Notes under the pieces: generated by a model
The model's input: the letters and a program-made list of their open reading frames with translations, nothing else
What the model was told of the DNA's origin: nothing
Database searches by the model: none
From: Chlorokybus atmophyticus
Lineage: Eukaryota; Plantae; Mesostigma and Chlorokybus algae
Direction of reading: 5' to 3'
DNA: 64,000 bases
NCBI GenBank assembly: GCA_009103225.1
Contig: RHPI01001946.1
Span: 209,330-273,329, forward strand
Shown: positions 37,463-49,900 of the stretch, in pieces
Numbering within the stretch: position 1 is the stretch's first letter
Layout: the number at the start of each line of letters is the position of its first letter
Made by a program: the position numbers and the translations under genes

Positions 37463-40431
37463 ATGTCGGTGAGTTTGTCATATCACAAGTTTTTTTTTTT
37501 ATTAGATCTGATTGTATATCTTGTTTACATTAGCCCGCTGGTAATTGTGTGGCTGTGTCATAGCTCGGACGCTGCGAGTTGATTGTGCTGTGCTGTGCAG
37601 CGGTTGTATGCTTTGTATGCTCTCAATCAGGGTGTGGCCTTTGAGCCGCTTGTTTTCATCACAATAAATGAGCACAGGGCAATGGCCGTCCATGCAGCCC
37701 AACCTGAACTTCTCCTCGTTGGGGGTAAACACATGATCCCCTTCATGTGCATCGTGCTCTCTAGTTTGAGTCAAGTCTGTGCAACGAGAAAGCAATAATC
37801 TACCCTGTGTGCATTACACAGTTTGGTATCAACATACAAAGCATCGGGCAGTGTGATTGTTGTTATAAGTCTTGTTAGATTAATATGTCCCACGACTGCT
37901 GCTGCTTTATTTTCTACCTCTGTGCACGCGCACGCTTGTGTGTGTGTCGATATACCTGCACTTGTGCTTAGCAGGTGGTTTGCTGCTGATCTTTTTCCTT
38001 TTGTTCGTAAATGTTTGTGTATTGATTTGTAGATGTTGTGTGTCTGTTTTGTTTTGTTTTTCGAGCATCCATTCATCTTGCCATGGCACGTGATTGGTGG
38101 CTCAATCAGTATGCCACATTGCTCGTGTACACACTCATGTACACACTTGCGCGGAGAGGAAGCATTGTTTTTTTCTTTGCCTTGGAAGATAGTTTTGAGC
38201 ATGGACGCTTTGGTTTTACTTATATTTATCACTCAACATACGTGTCTTTGGGGCCTTCTGTTAGGGTGTGGACAACACAGCGCGTCGCAAATGGAACAGA
38301 GAAGAGTTTGAAGAGAAGGCGCGCGAAAGGGCTCGACAGGTTGGCTCAATCTAGCAATCCTTGCTGAACATATGAGTGTCAAGGATTCAATGTGTTTCAT
38401 TGTTGTTGTTTGCATTGCGTATTGAATGGCGGTGTGGCAGGCTGATGGGTCGGATGAAGAGCGGAAGCCGAAAAGAGGTTAGTGTCATTTCTATTATGCC
38501 AGAAGTAAGATTAACCGCACCATAGTAGCACGTTGTGTTGTCGTTACTACCTGATATGCCCTTTTGGGGGCTTATGTGGCATGTCTGTGTGTGCCCATAC
38601 TACTTTGACAGTGGAGACCATGATAGTGCCACATTTGCACCCACATGCATGCATTCTTACCCCATTCACGCGCAATTGCATACTGTGTGTAGTTGTCACC
38701 CACTCTCATAACATGACTGTCGTAGGGAGCAGCCCTCCTGTGCAGCGCGCGCCATTGAAGCAAAGAGATTTTGCGGTTGATCTCTCATCCAAACTCGGCA
38801 AGACACAGGTTAGAGAGACATATTGCATAAACGCATGTTGGCGAGTGCTGGTGAAAGTGCAAGGCAGGGTACAACAAAATGTGTGTTTACTTGGTTTCTG
38901 AGATTTACAGTTTTGTGTGTTTGCTTCCACGCAGGTCGTGACACACCTCACACCACTCGCCCAGCAGGTGAGCTCAAGCACAATCTCTGTCGGGTAGATG
39001 AGCGTATGCAAAAGTTGCAGTCCAAAGCATGCAGGCGCTCATGCATGCTGGCACACATGTACGCGCATACATTTTCATTCATGCTTATGCACACGCATAC
39101 AGCCGCGCACACGCATGCAGGCGTGCGCAACAATCGCGTGGTGGTTCCTTGACATTTGTAAAATGAAATGCATGAGACATTGCACAGGACCATTACAAGT
39201 GTCTTTCAACAAACGTTACCAAGTCCACAGTTGAAATGTTGTGATCGTATCGGTGCTGTGTGCAGGCGGGGTACTACTGCAATGTGTGCGAGTGCGTAGT
39301 GAAGGACTCTGCGAACTATCTAGACCATATAAATGGCAAAAAGCGTAAGCGCCTGACTGTAACTGTTTGCCATTTTGTATTTCTTGAACATTTTGCATTT
39401 CAAAGTTGTTTACCATGTTATATGCATTGATACACGCACTGCTTTCGAAAACAGATCAAAGAGCGTTGGGCATGTCCATGAGAGTGGAGCGATCATCATT
39501 AGAGCAGGTGAGATGTGATACAATCTCACACTTACACATCACGACATCTCCACAGTGGGGTATGTACTGTTATTGTGACTGGATTGTGCAATCGACATAA
39601 CATGAAGTGATGTTGAGTGTGTTCAGTCCACTACGCTCGCATGGTGGATGGTGTGCTCACAGTTTGCATACAAACAAAGTACGCACGCACATGTGCACAT
39701 AGGATGCATATGTACATCCTGTGAGCAGGTGCAAGGTAGGTTTGAGATGCTGAAGCGCAAGCAGCAAGAGGAGAAGATGAAAGTCAACCCAGCAGCAGGT
39801 GTGCGCATATACATGCATGTATATGCCTATCTCTCGTCTGCAGGTATTGCGTATGTTTACTTCAGTTACCCGTGGTGCTTGGTGCGTGCTTGCGTAAGTA
39901 TGTGTGCTGTTTCAGGCATACACCTAGTGTGCGCTGATGCACACCCTGCTTAGTTGTGTGCCTACACATACATAGGCACACTGCTGCTTACGTGTGCTTG
40001 TTCTCATGTCTATCATTTGTCACTTGTCGCAGATTGGGAAGCAAGGATAAGTAGGCTGCAAGATGAAGAAGAGGAGAGGAAACGAGCCAAAAAGCAGAAG
40101 AAGAAAGACAAGGACAAACAGGTGCGTATTTGGTTTCTTATGGTGATGGCGAAGATGCTTGCATAGCTTGATTGACTGCTTGCATGAGCTGCTATTTGGC
40201 TTGACTGGCTGCAGTTCCAACTGGGTCCCACAAACCGGTTGGGTGCTGATGCAGATGCCTGATTTTGTTGACCATGATGAAAACTGCTAGCTCGGTGGAC
40301 TGCATGACGGTTCGGCTCCTACTTATGATGCTTGCAAACAGGTTGAAGCTGATGTAACTGTGCCTGAGATGGATCCCGAGATGGCTGCGATGATGGGTTT
40401 TGGCGGATTTGGGACATCGAAAAAGTCGTGA
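37463..40431 (+). CDS. ZMAT2: Zinc finger matrin-type protein 2 (Snu23), spliceosomal B-complex factor
   Basis: Spliced MS|[15 protein letters not shown]...[21 protein letters not shown]|...[26 protein letters not shown]|[18 protein letters not shown]|V..RFEMLK...[19 protein letters not shown]. Confidence 0.96.
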
Positions 40432-41500
40432 TTGTGCATTCCTTGCGGCAGTGTACATACAGATTGTAGGGAGAGTAAGAGTTTCACAGCAATGCATGGG
40501 TTGCTGTCATTCAGATAGTGTATCTAGGTTTTATTTTATACATGAAGAGACAGTGTGTACTTGTAGCAAGTGGCTGCTTGCCAGTTGAGTGTACACAAGA
40601 ACAAAGACGGTATGCATCATAAGTGACCAACATGACAATACATACTGCAGCAACATGCACCTTGACTACCATCAGGCTAAGGCACACGCTCAGGCCAACC
40701 AACTCCTGCACTTTTTACTAGTCCTACCTGTCAGTCAGTAATGCACGCATGCATGACTGCATGCATGCATCTGTGTCTGCATGTGTGTCTGGCGAATGCC
40801 TGTGCACGTGGCTGTACATTGATGCACAGCACAGGGCGGAGTTCACATCTGCCTGCTCCTGCTGCTGCTGTTGTGGTCGCTGCTGCACAAGACCGCTAAC
40901 CAAGGCGCATGCGCAGGTGAATGCCATTGCTGTGCATGCATGTATAACAGGGGGGCAGTAGGGGTCTAGTAGTAGTTGATAAATAGCAGGCGCATGCCTC
41001 AGCACGGTGGTCAAGTTGGTGATTGGTTGTGATGTTAGTAACATTGCATGTGCACCTAGGCTTGCATGTGCTAATTGCCTCTCGCATCTTTTGTACAGCA
41101 CAGTGAATAACTCCGGTTGTCTGTGCGAGTTTCGAAGGGTAAAGCAAAGATTGAGACATTCGTGTGCCCAACAGCGCGTCTTTTATCCTGCACACTAGTA
41201 CTGCAAAACAAGAGAATTTTTTTTCTCTCTCTCACTGCCTTGTTGCTGCTCTGTATTGCACTTTGTGCATGGTTAGATGATGTGGCTAGATGATGTGAGC
41301 GGTGGTAGCTTATGTGCATTAAGTCGTAAACTCCAACTGCAAATAAAAAGCTGCACCCATGTTCCATGCGTGCACATGCTCTCGCACAAACCCACAAACA
41401 CAGTCTGGCACCGGAACACATGCGCACACACGGCGCTTGAGTGACACACCACACTGGCACAGCCGCTCAAGCTCAAAGAATGACGAGGCTCTCTTGAGAC

Positions 41501-42716
41501 TCATAGTCCCCTGAGCAAGCCGCTTTTGTCTATAGACAGCAGTTCCCTCGGGCTCAGTCCCAGCGAGCTTAGCGCCAGCGAGTTGAGCGCGGACCCGAGG
41601 TCTCCCAGAGCCGAGGCCGCCAGCGACTGCCGCTGGGGCTTCGGCCCGCCCAACGCGCCCCCTTGCTGCTCCTCGCTCACACGCTGCAGCACGCCACCAT
41701 CCGACACGAAGTCACGCCACGACTCCTGCGCCTCCAACCTCTCCCGCATCTGCCAGCACGCAACCGAACTCAGTAAGTGCCCATGGGTCGGTGTATATGA
41801 CGCGCACGGGGTTTGCACATGCATTGAATGCACGAGTAAACAGCCTGTGTACAACACATAACACACAAGCTGGCACACATGTACACCTAAGACGCTGGAC
41901 TTAGTTACTGTTTCGCATGTTGTTTTGGCGTAGGCTATACTCAACATAGATATGTCCAAGCAAACCACCCTCAGCACTCTTCAATTCGCACAAAGCCTTT
42001 GATGGAGCCCATGCTCAATACGCAATTGCAGTATGAAATATACTTAACGCACACTCACGACCAGCGTAAGCAACATGCAACAGTAAGTGCACATTACATA
42101 CCTGTACATCCACCTTGGCCGCGGCTGCAATGGCATTCGCCAGAGCCATGGCGCACCCGAGATGGGCGGGTCGCTTCCCAACAGGCAAATCCACGCTGTC
42201 GCGAGCCACATCAGCCAGGCGCACATGGAGGCCTCCCCCATCCATGTCGAGGAGTTGTTCCCACGCGGGAGGTGAGGGCGATGATGAGCCAACCTTTGCG
42301 TCCTCATATCGAGGGGCGAACGCGGCCTCAAGCACGCAGCACGCCGGCACGTGAAGGCAGTTGTTCAAAGGGTGGGCGAAGACTAGCTGCGCGATCTTGG
42401 GTAGAGCTCCACTGGTGAACACGGCGTGGTCGATGTGCTTGTTGCCGCACGCTAATAGCCGCTCTGCAGTCGTGGCCAGAGCAATGGTGGGCGTTTACGT
42501 ATAAACACCCTGCATCCAATGAATGTGCATGTATGCACATACATATGCAGACATGCACATATAGCACACATATTTATATGTACGTGGACAGCTTCTGTCC
42601 ATGTGTTACATGTTTGTTGTATGAATGCAAGTAACATTGAGCGAGCATGGGAAGAGTTCCTTCACACATGCAATCACATGTGCATGCATGCATGACTGCA
42701 TATGTATGTAAATGTA

Positions 42717-42807
<91 letters not shown>

Positions 42808-45283
42808 GTGTACCTCCAGGTGTGCATACCTGGATATACACTGCATCGTGCACCCACAACACCTCTCTCAACACTCACCAAGCAGCCGCACGACCGCGAC
42901 GCGATGCCTCCCCGCCACCTTTACGATCCTCCCGTCCTGCACGGCTTGCTCCCCTGCCTCCATGCGCAGCAAGGCCGCGAACACGCCGAGGGACTGCAGC
43001 ACCTGCGCCAGCGCGGGCCGCTGGTGAAGCTGCGCCGCCAGGGAGGGCTCCACGGCGGTGGATTGGAGCTCGTCGTCGACGGCGGCAACAACCTGTGCAC
43101 GAACGTGTATATGTTGTGATGGTCAGTGACACGGTTGTTGAAACAGATTGTCAAGTCAACTGGGAAGAGGTTTGCTTCCTTGCCTGGAATACATTGTCAG
43201 CGATTGCGTGTATGTCTGGGCTTGAGCTGTCTATGTTTTGCAGCTGTTCCAGGGCTGCAAGAACCTGGAAGAGGGACATACTTGTTGAAGAGCAACATAT
43301 GTGCACACACGTATATGTGGGTATATGCATACGTGCACACATATTGGTATGCGCCAACAAGGCAAACAGTAGAATTCAATCAACAGAACCATGCCATTAT
43401 CGACTAGGCAACATGTTGCCATGTCATATTATTGTCAAGCAAGCAACCGCGCACTGACCTGTTGCAAAGCAGCAGCAGTATGAGAGGTCGGAGCCCTTAA
43501 AGACGTTGGGTCGCCATCCTGCAATGCACCCGACATCGTCATCACACTTACTCTTGAACCACGCACAGCTCAAACACATGCGTCCTCCCCACCCAACGCA
43601 CCTGATCTGCATCCCACATCAACTCCATAGACGGCTCCTCGACTAGAGCATCAGACCGTTTATGATTTGTTTGTGGCCTTGGCGGAGGTTCTATTTCTAT
43701 CTGCATAAGGGTTGTTATAAGCGTGTAATGTTCCAGTTTTTTCAAGCATGCATACAGCAAACACAGGTACAGGTACCTGCAATGACTTGCGTGTTTTACA
43801 CAAAGCAGCAAGAGCGATCTTGCCCTCGTCTGTAGCCACGTTGCCCGCAACATTTACACTTATCAAGTCGGGAGCAGCGCCATTGGCGAGTGTTGCAGCT
43901 AAAGCCTGTGGGCAACAGTCGGTTATAGCAAAACCATCAACACTCACTCTCAGCCGACAAAGTGAGGTACCATGGTCATGGCCATGATTCGTAAACAAAG
44001 CTCATCAACGTTGAGAAAGGCTGTGTACATGCATGAGACCATTGTTCACGCTAAGCTGATGGTGCTAGCTTGTGCTAAGTGCTATTTGTAACACAGCAAA
44101 GCAACCAGGTCCAACCAACGCACCAGCAACCAATGTGTTTCGCTTGCACATTCTCATCAGCACTGTAGGTCACTACGGATAAGTGTACATGTGTGTATGT
44201 GGAGTGCACACGTAACACAAGCTGCAAAAACGCACCTGCAGCACCGCGTCGCTTATTGAGTTGTAGGACAGATCTAGTGAGATCACCACGCTCTTGCTGC
44301 TGAGTGCATCCACCAACTGCAAGCCGCCAGTCACTCAGGAACGAACATGTGCACATGCTTCGCAAGAAACACAACAGTTGTCAGAAAAAGTACCTTTCTT
44401 GCACGCTTGTCATCGAGTCGACAGTGCGCCAGCTGCACCCACATTGAATCTTCATCGCTACGCCGCAACGCTGCGAGTGCCGCATTATACCTGCAAACAC
44501 CATTGGATGAACACAACTGATTTTTCAGTAGGGTGTCAACATCATCATAACCAACAACATCATGGTAGTCGTCACGGTTGGTATACTACCTTTGATCAGC
44601 CTCATGCGCAGGCACAGCATTCTCATCGACCAACTGGTACTCAGCTGTTGAAGAAGAAGTTGTTGCTAACTCTGCTGCGGGGGCTTCTTCAGCGCCACCT
44701 TTGGCCTGTTGTTTAAGTAAAGCACTGATCACTAGCCAGCTGAGAGCTTGCACTGTGCACGACACACACAGCTTGCTGTGTACTCAACAAACTCTACGTA
44801 TACAAGCAAGCTCAAACCCTTACCGTAGCTGCATTCTTGCATGCACGAGCTTACTGCATGCATGTGCAGCTGCTACACCACCACAGACAACAACCAAACA
44901 AGCAGAAACAACTGGCATGCGAGCTCGCACACCCTTTCGATGGGTATGTTTCTAATGTACAAGCATTGCATAAGTGCTCCTGTTGTAATGTACAGCAAGC
45001 AAGTGTAATTGCTCCTTATGCGGGATCTGAACAGTGAAACTGTCCATGCATAGTATAGGCCCAATGTGCGACCTAGCAGCATTTGTGTAGCAATTGTGGT
45101 CACGCATGCAAGCACCTTCTTCTTCTTCTTTTTTTTCTTCTTCTTGCCCTTGGCCTGCTGGCCTGGAACGGCAGCAGCATCCGCAGCTGTGCCAGCGGCG
45201 GTGGCTTCGTCCCCTCGCACGTCCTCCTCGTCCTCCAGCTCCGAGCCAGACTCAGAAGCGTCAGTCTCCTCCTCCGTTTCCAT
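41501..45283 (-). CDS. Protein with acidic/poly-Lys N-terminus, RNI-like LRRs and a C-terminal SAPS (SIT4/PP6 regulatory subunit)-like region
   Basis: METEEETDASESGSELEDEED...GKKKKKKKKKK. LRR-like VISLDLSYNSISD and LISVNVAGNVATDEGKIAL. SAPS-like GRHRVAVVRLL, LVFAHPLNNCLH, RPAHLGCAMALANAI and WRDFV...LGGPKP. Not all exon joints were checked. Confidence 0.7.
42715..42812. repeat. (TATGTG)~16 hexanucleotide microsatellite (intronic)
   Basis: Perfect tandem array seen directly; it explains the HIHIHI/CMCMCM/YVYVYV artefact ORFs. Confidence 0.97.
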
Positions 45284-45802
45284 GTCCACCAAGTCCACAC
45301 CAACCCTCCCTCGCACAACCACCGCCGGCACCTGCACCGCCGCCGCCGCTGCCGCCACCGCCCTGGCCGTTGATCACCTGATCCATATGGGCGGTTCTGG
45401 TTTGTTGAAGTCCGGTCGAGTAAACGTGATTGAGTTTTCCGAAGACACTTGATCCGCTTTGCAGACATTGGGGTTTGCATTAGGGTGCATCAGTGTAGGC
45501 ATTCTCGTGCATGAATTGAGTAGATCCAATGCACTTTTAGACGCAACGCAAAAGGCAGTCCTTACCTGTACACCAGTGCCAGTGGCTTAGGTACTGTGAG
45601 GACATTGAAACGTTCATGCGCACCTCGCGTTGGGCCAATTAACTTTTATTTGTCCATTTGCCGCCACAACGGTTTATGTAATGCATTGACCTTGAGGCAG
45701 TTTTGACCGCCGATATATACCGTAATTTGTCAAATATCTCCCCTTCCCCACCACACACAAGATGCAGCTTCCATCTTTTGTACATACAACACCTGATTGG
45801 GA

Positions 45803-45985
45803 GGGGGGGGGGGGGGGGGGGGGGNNNNNNNNNNNNNNNNNNNNNNNNNNNNNNNNNNNNNNNNNNNNNNNNNNNNNNNNNNNNNNNNNNNNNNNNNNNN
45901 NNNNNNNNNNNNNNNNNNNNNNNNNNNNNNNNNNNNNNNNNNNNNNNNNNNNNNNNNNNNNNNNNNNNNNNNNNNNNNNNNNNNN
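45803..45985. other. Poly-G tract and assembly gap (Ns 45825-45985)
   Basis: Seen directly in the sequence. Confidence 0.97.
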
Positions 45986-46939
45986 GGGGGGGGCTTTGTT
46001 TGTACAGGGTTGTGTTCAGCGAAATACGGTAATCAGAAGCTCGTTTTGGCTTTGCTATCATGGCATTCGGAATGATCAGGTCATACCCTACAAGATGCAG
46101 CTATGGCGTAGCTGTGTATGTCATGTGAGCGTACTAGTGGGTAGGAGAGCTCCATTGCATTTACCACAATAGATACTACAAAATAGTGACTGATGTGATA
46201 TTCATGATCGTCGTTGCCACGCCATTGCGCACGAGCCACGGTGGTAGGTGTCTGCCAGCAATGTGTCATGCTGGCAAAAGTTTCTTGGCACACATCTGCT
46301 ATTACAACTGTGGATGTTGCGTGTGTCACGCTTGGTTGAGCTTGCCACCACGTTGTGTTGTTGTAGTGTCAATCCATGGTATTTGCTTATGCATGACAAC
46401 AACTATCTGTGCGGCACACAAATAGCAACACCAGCTCAAACCAATACCAGTTCCACACCTATCCCCATGAAATGCGCATAGCCTGGTTCAGCCAGCGACC
46501 TTAGCTAGCTTGCGTTGCACGCACGCTCGCGCGCACGAACACACGTTGTTACTTGCGCATGCACATCGCGCGCCTTGCCTACGCAAACACATGCAGCTTA
46601 TTAGATAGACACATGTGTCAAAGAACACGTTCAAACAAATTATCCAAGTTATCTATACAAGCAAGGTCAAAAAGTACAACATCTCCTATACAGCCACACA
46701 CTACAAGCCAATCAGTCCTTGTATGGCAAGAAATGAACACAAAGCAATTTCTAAGCAATTGACACAATGTCGATGCCTGCTTGGGCACCCTCAACATGTG
46801 CGGCGGCCACAGGAAGCAATGCGCACATACACAGTGATTGTCCGTCATGGAGGAGGACGCAGTCTGTTCCTGCCTCAACTCCCTTCCGTCTTTGCAACTC
46901 AAGTCAGAGGATTGGGGTACAAGTAACATGAACCCATGC

Positions 46940-49900
46940 TCACCATGTTTTCATCTGAACAGCAGGTCCCAGCGCAGCACCTGAGACACAAGTCTTGCAC
47001 ATGAGTCATTGTTGACGACAGATCATTTGCCAAATTCTGAGTCAACACACAAACTTTGTCTTCATAACCCGCTTACGTGTGGGCCACGCAATTGGCTGAG
47101 TCTTCCATGTTGGGATGCCGCTGAGTGTCGCACATGGCGGCACATGAAAGCGGAACCAACGCGTCTTCACCTCGTCACATGGGTTGTCAACTGACACGCT
47201 GTAAGTCAACTCCCAAGTGCTTGAGGAGGGATCAAAGTCCGCCTGCAAGCAGGAAGCACCTCAGTTGGAATCCAGATATGGGCTTATCGGTCCAAAGGCA
47301 TGCACTATGAGCACAAACATGCAAGTACATGCATGCACACACTGCAGTGTGCACAGACACGCGGAACTTCGCGCGCGCGCACACACACAAGCGCAGGTGT
47401 GCCTTTTAGCACACGCACGTGCACATGCACACGCTGACAGTCTCACTGGTACTGCATGCAATGCGAAACAGACAAACAACTGCCTAGCTGGAGTAACTCA
47501 CTGACCACAACACATCGCCATTACCTGCCAGAAGTCTTTGCCATGCACGGCCTGGTTTACCACAGTCCAGTCCTCGCACCCGTCGACGCGCGTCTCCAAT
47601 TTCGGGTTCTTGAAGCCGGTCGCGCCGGCGAAGGTCATCGCGAGGTAGCCCAGGCCGCCGGTCACCGAGAACCTGGCGTGGTTGGTCTCATCAACCTGCG
47701 AGTGGCAAACAAACATCATCAGATTGACGGACCTCATGATACACGTATGTGACAACTTGATCTACCTGTATCATTAGAGGACACTGGCGAAGGAGTTTGC
47801 CCTTCTGGACATCAAACTTTGGCGTGTTGAGCGCTACTTCACGGTACATCAAGCGCCAGCTGTTTTCCATTTTTTCAAGGGCAGCTTGCAAGTTGGCATT
47901 GGTTCCGTAATACTCGTTGCAGAACTTAGGCAGCATGATCTGTGCCCCAGTACACACGCATGTCAGCTGTTGACATGTATCAAGCATGCAGTGTTGGCCA
48001 AAATGGCAGCCTTGAATACCTGTTCAATGATGCAGTCAATGTAATCGCCGGCCTTCAGGCAAGTGATTGAGGGTGGAGGCAACACCTCTATGATGGAGAC
48101 CTGGCCGTTGGGTGCATTTGTGCCGTGTGTGAACAAGCCTCTCTCTGCGCAAGCATAGGACAAGAGCGTAAAACACACGCACAAACAAGAACGCACACAT
48201 GGACACGCCCACACACTACACTGCGAGAAGCGTTTCTGGTAAGAGAGTGACACGCAAGCACGCTCGTGCGCGCACACAAATGCACACACACGCTTGTGTG
48301 CGCAAGTCCACAACACACATGTATGCAATGTGTACCGGCCATATGTGGGTTGGCAGGCTTGCCGTCCAATACCGCACTCCAGTCGGAGATGGCAAACCCG
48401 CGTGAAGCATCAGTGTGACCTTTTCCCTTGCAACTGGGACTCTGCCAGTGGGATGGTACGCCACTCACCCAACAATGGAGCTGCAAAACAACACATCACA
48501 TTCACCTACAATCACTCTTACCTCTGTGAATGAAACCCAGTTCTTCTTTCCTTTAAGCTCATGGTGTTGCGTCCGGTACCCGTCTTTGCCATTCACTGCA
48601 AACAGAATGCACTCAGTAAAGAATACATGCAACATAACAACAATCACACAAACAATCATACTCGTCATCAGCATTACACGACTCCGGAATATGCTCTCAA
48701 TTGTCATCATCAAGCATGTGTACCTTGACCAAGTTCGCTGGTCCATTCACGGATGAGTCCCTTCTCGTCACCGTACGCAAAATGGTGATTGTAGCCCCAA
48801 GCGTAAGTTGGAGTTCCCATCTACTCGCCACAGTAGCTCAGTGCAATAAGCCACATGCGCAGAAATATACCTACATAAAACAATGCGCGTTTTTGTGACA
48901 AACCTGCCAGATGGGAAAGCGGCGGAACTTTACATCAGAGACCACATCGATACGGAGGTGATAAACAGCACGCGCAGCATCGTCCGAGCGCGCTATGCAT
49001 GCGGTGTATTGGAGCCTCAGGTTGTTGTCTTGAGACTTGCCCGAATATGTCGTCTACATAGAGTTGAGTTTGGTTGCATGCATGCGGCAGATGTTGTGTA
49101 CGTGTGCACATATCAACTTCAGTATCCACCTCAGTCAAGAGAGGTCCCTGCCTTTTACGATAAGTGCGCATCTGAACATTGAACTGGCGCTGCGGCGAGC
49201 CTGTTTCGATCGAACAAAAATCGGCTCCGCCAACATTTTGAGTCCACCCAAACTTCTCCCTCTTGCCCTGTGACAAACAGTGTTTTACACGTTTCACCAA
49301 AAGCCTACATACAATATACCCAACATAACAGCACCTCACCTTGCTGCCGAGTATGTACAAAGGCCGCATGTCCAACACTGCCGCCCGCGTGGCACGCCCC
49401 TGATCGGGCTCATAGCAGAAGTTCTCACCCCAACACCTTTAAAATGTGAGGTCATTGACCAACAATCATAAGTGCTCACGAGTGCGCACGAGCGTGAGTA
49501 TGTGTGTTTGTGTGTGTGTGTGCAAGCGCACGTGTAAGTTTATGTATGCATGTGCGTGTGTGTACAAGTATGTGTATGTGTATGTGTGTGCGCACACGTG
49601 CACATGTGCACGAGCACACACGTACGAGATGGCGGCCTGGTCCCATTGCGTTGTGGGCATCGCGTTGGTGAGAGCCAGCTGCACGTGCGTGGCGGTTGGC
49701 GCCCCGCCCCAGAAGGCGTTCACCGTCGTGTACACCATCGTCCACGTCGCCCCAGCCGGAATCTCCAACGCAACCAGTCCCCTGTACCACTTCGGGTTGG
49801 AGTCCCAGTTCTTTGAAACCTACGCACCGCATTGTGAGTTTGTTAAAGCGTGCGTGCATGTGTGCGGGCACGCATCTGTCAGCCTACAAGTCACTGAACA

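Noticed and set aside
14075-40431. Two spliceosomal tri-snRNP/B-complex genes (DIM1, ZMAT2) within 25 kb as a functional cluster
   Set aside because: They are separated by unrelated genes, and chance proximity in a gene-dense genome is sufficient.
42574-43457. ORFs with HIHIHI, CMCMCM, VCVCVC and YVYVYV repeats
   Set aside because: These are translations of the intronic (TATGTG)n microsatellite; the real coding frame is the minus-strand LRR-SAPS gene.
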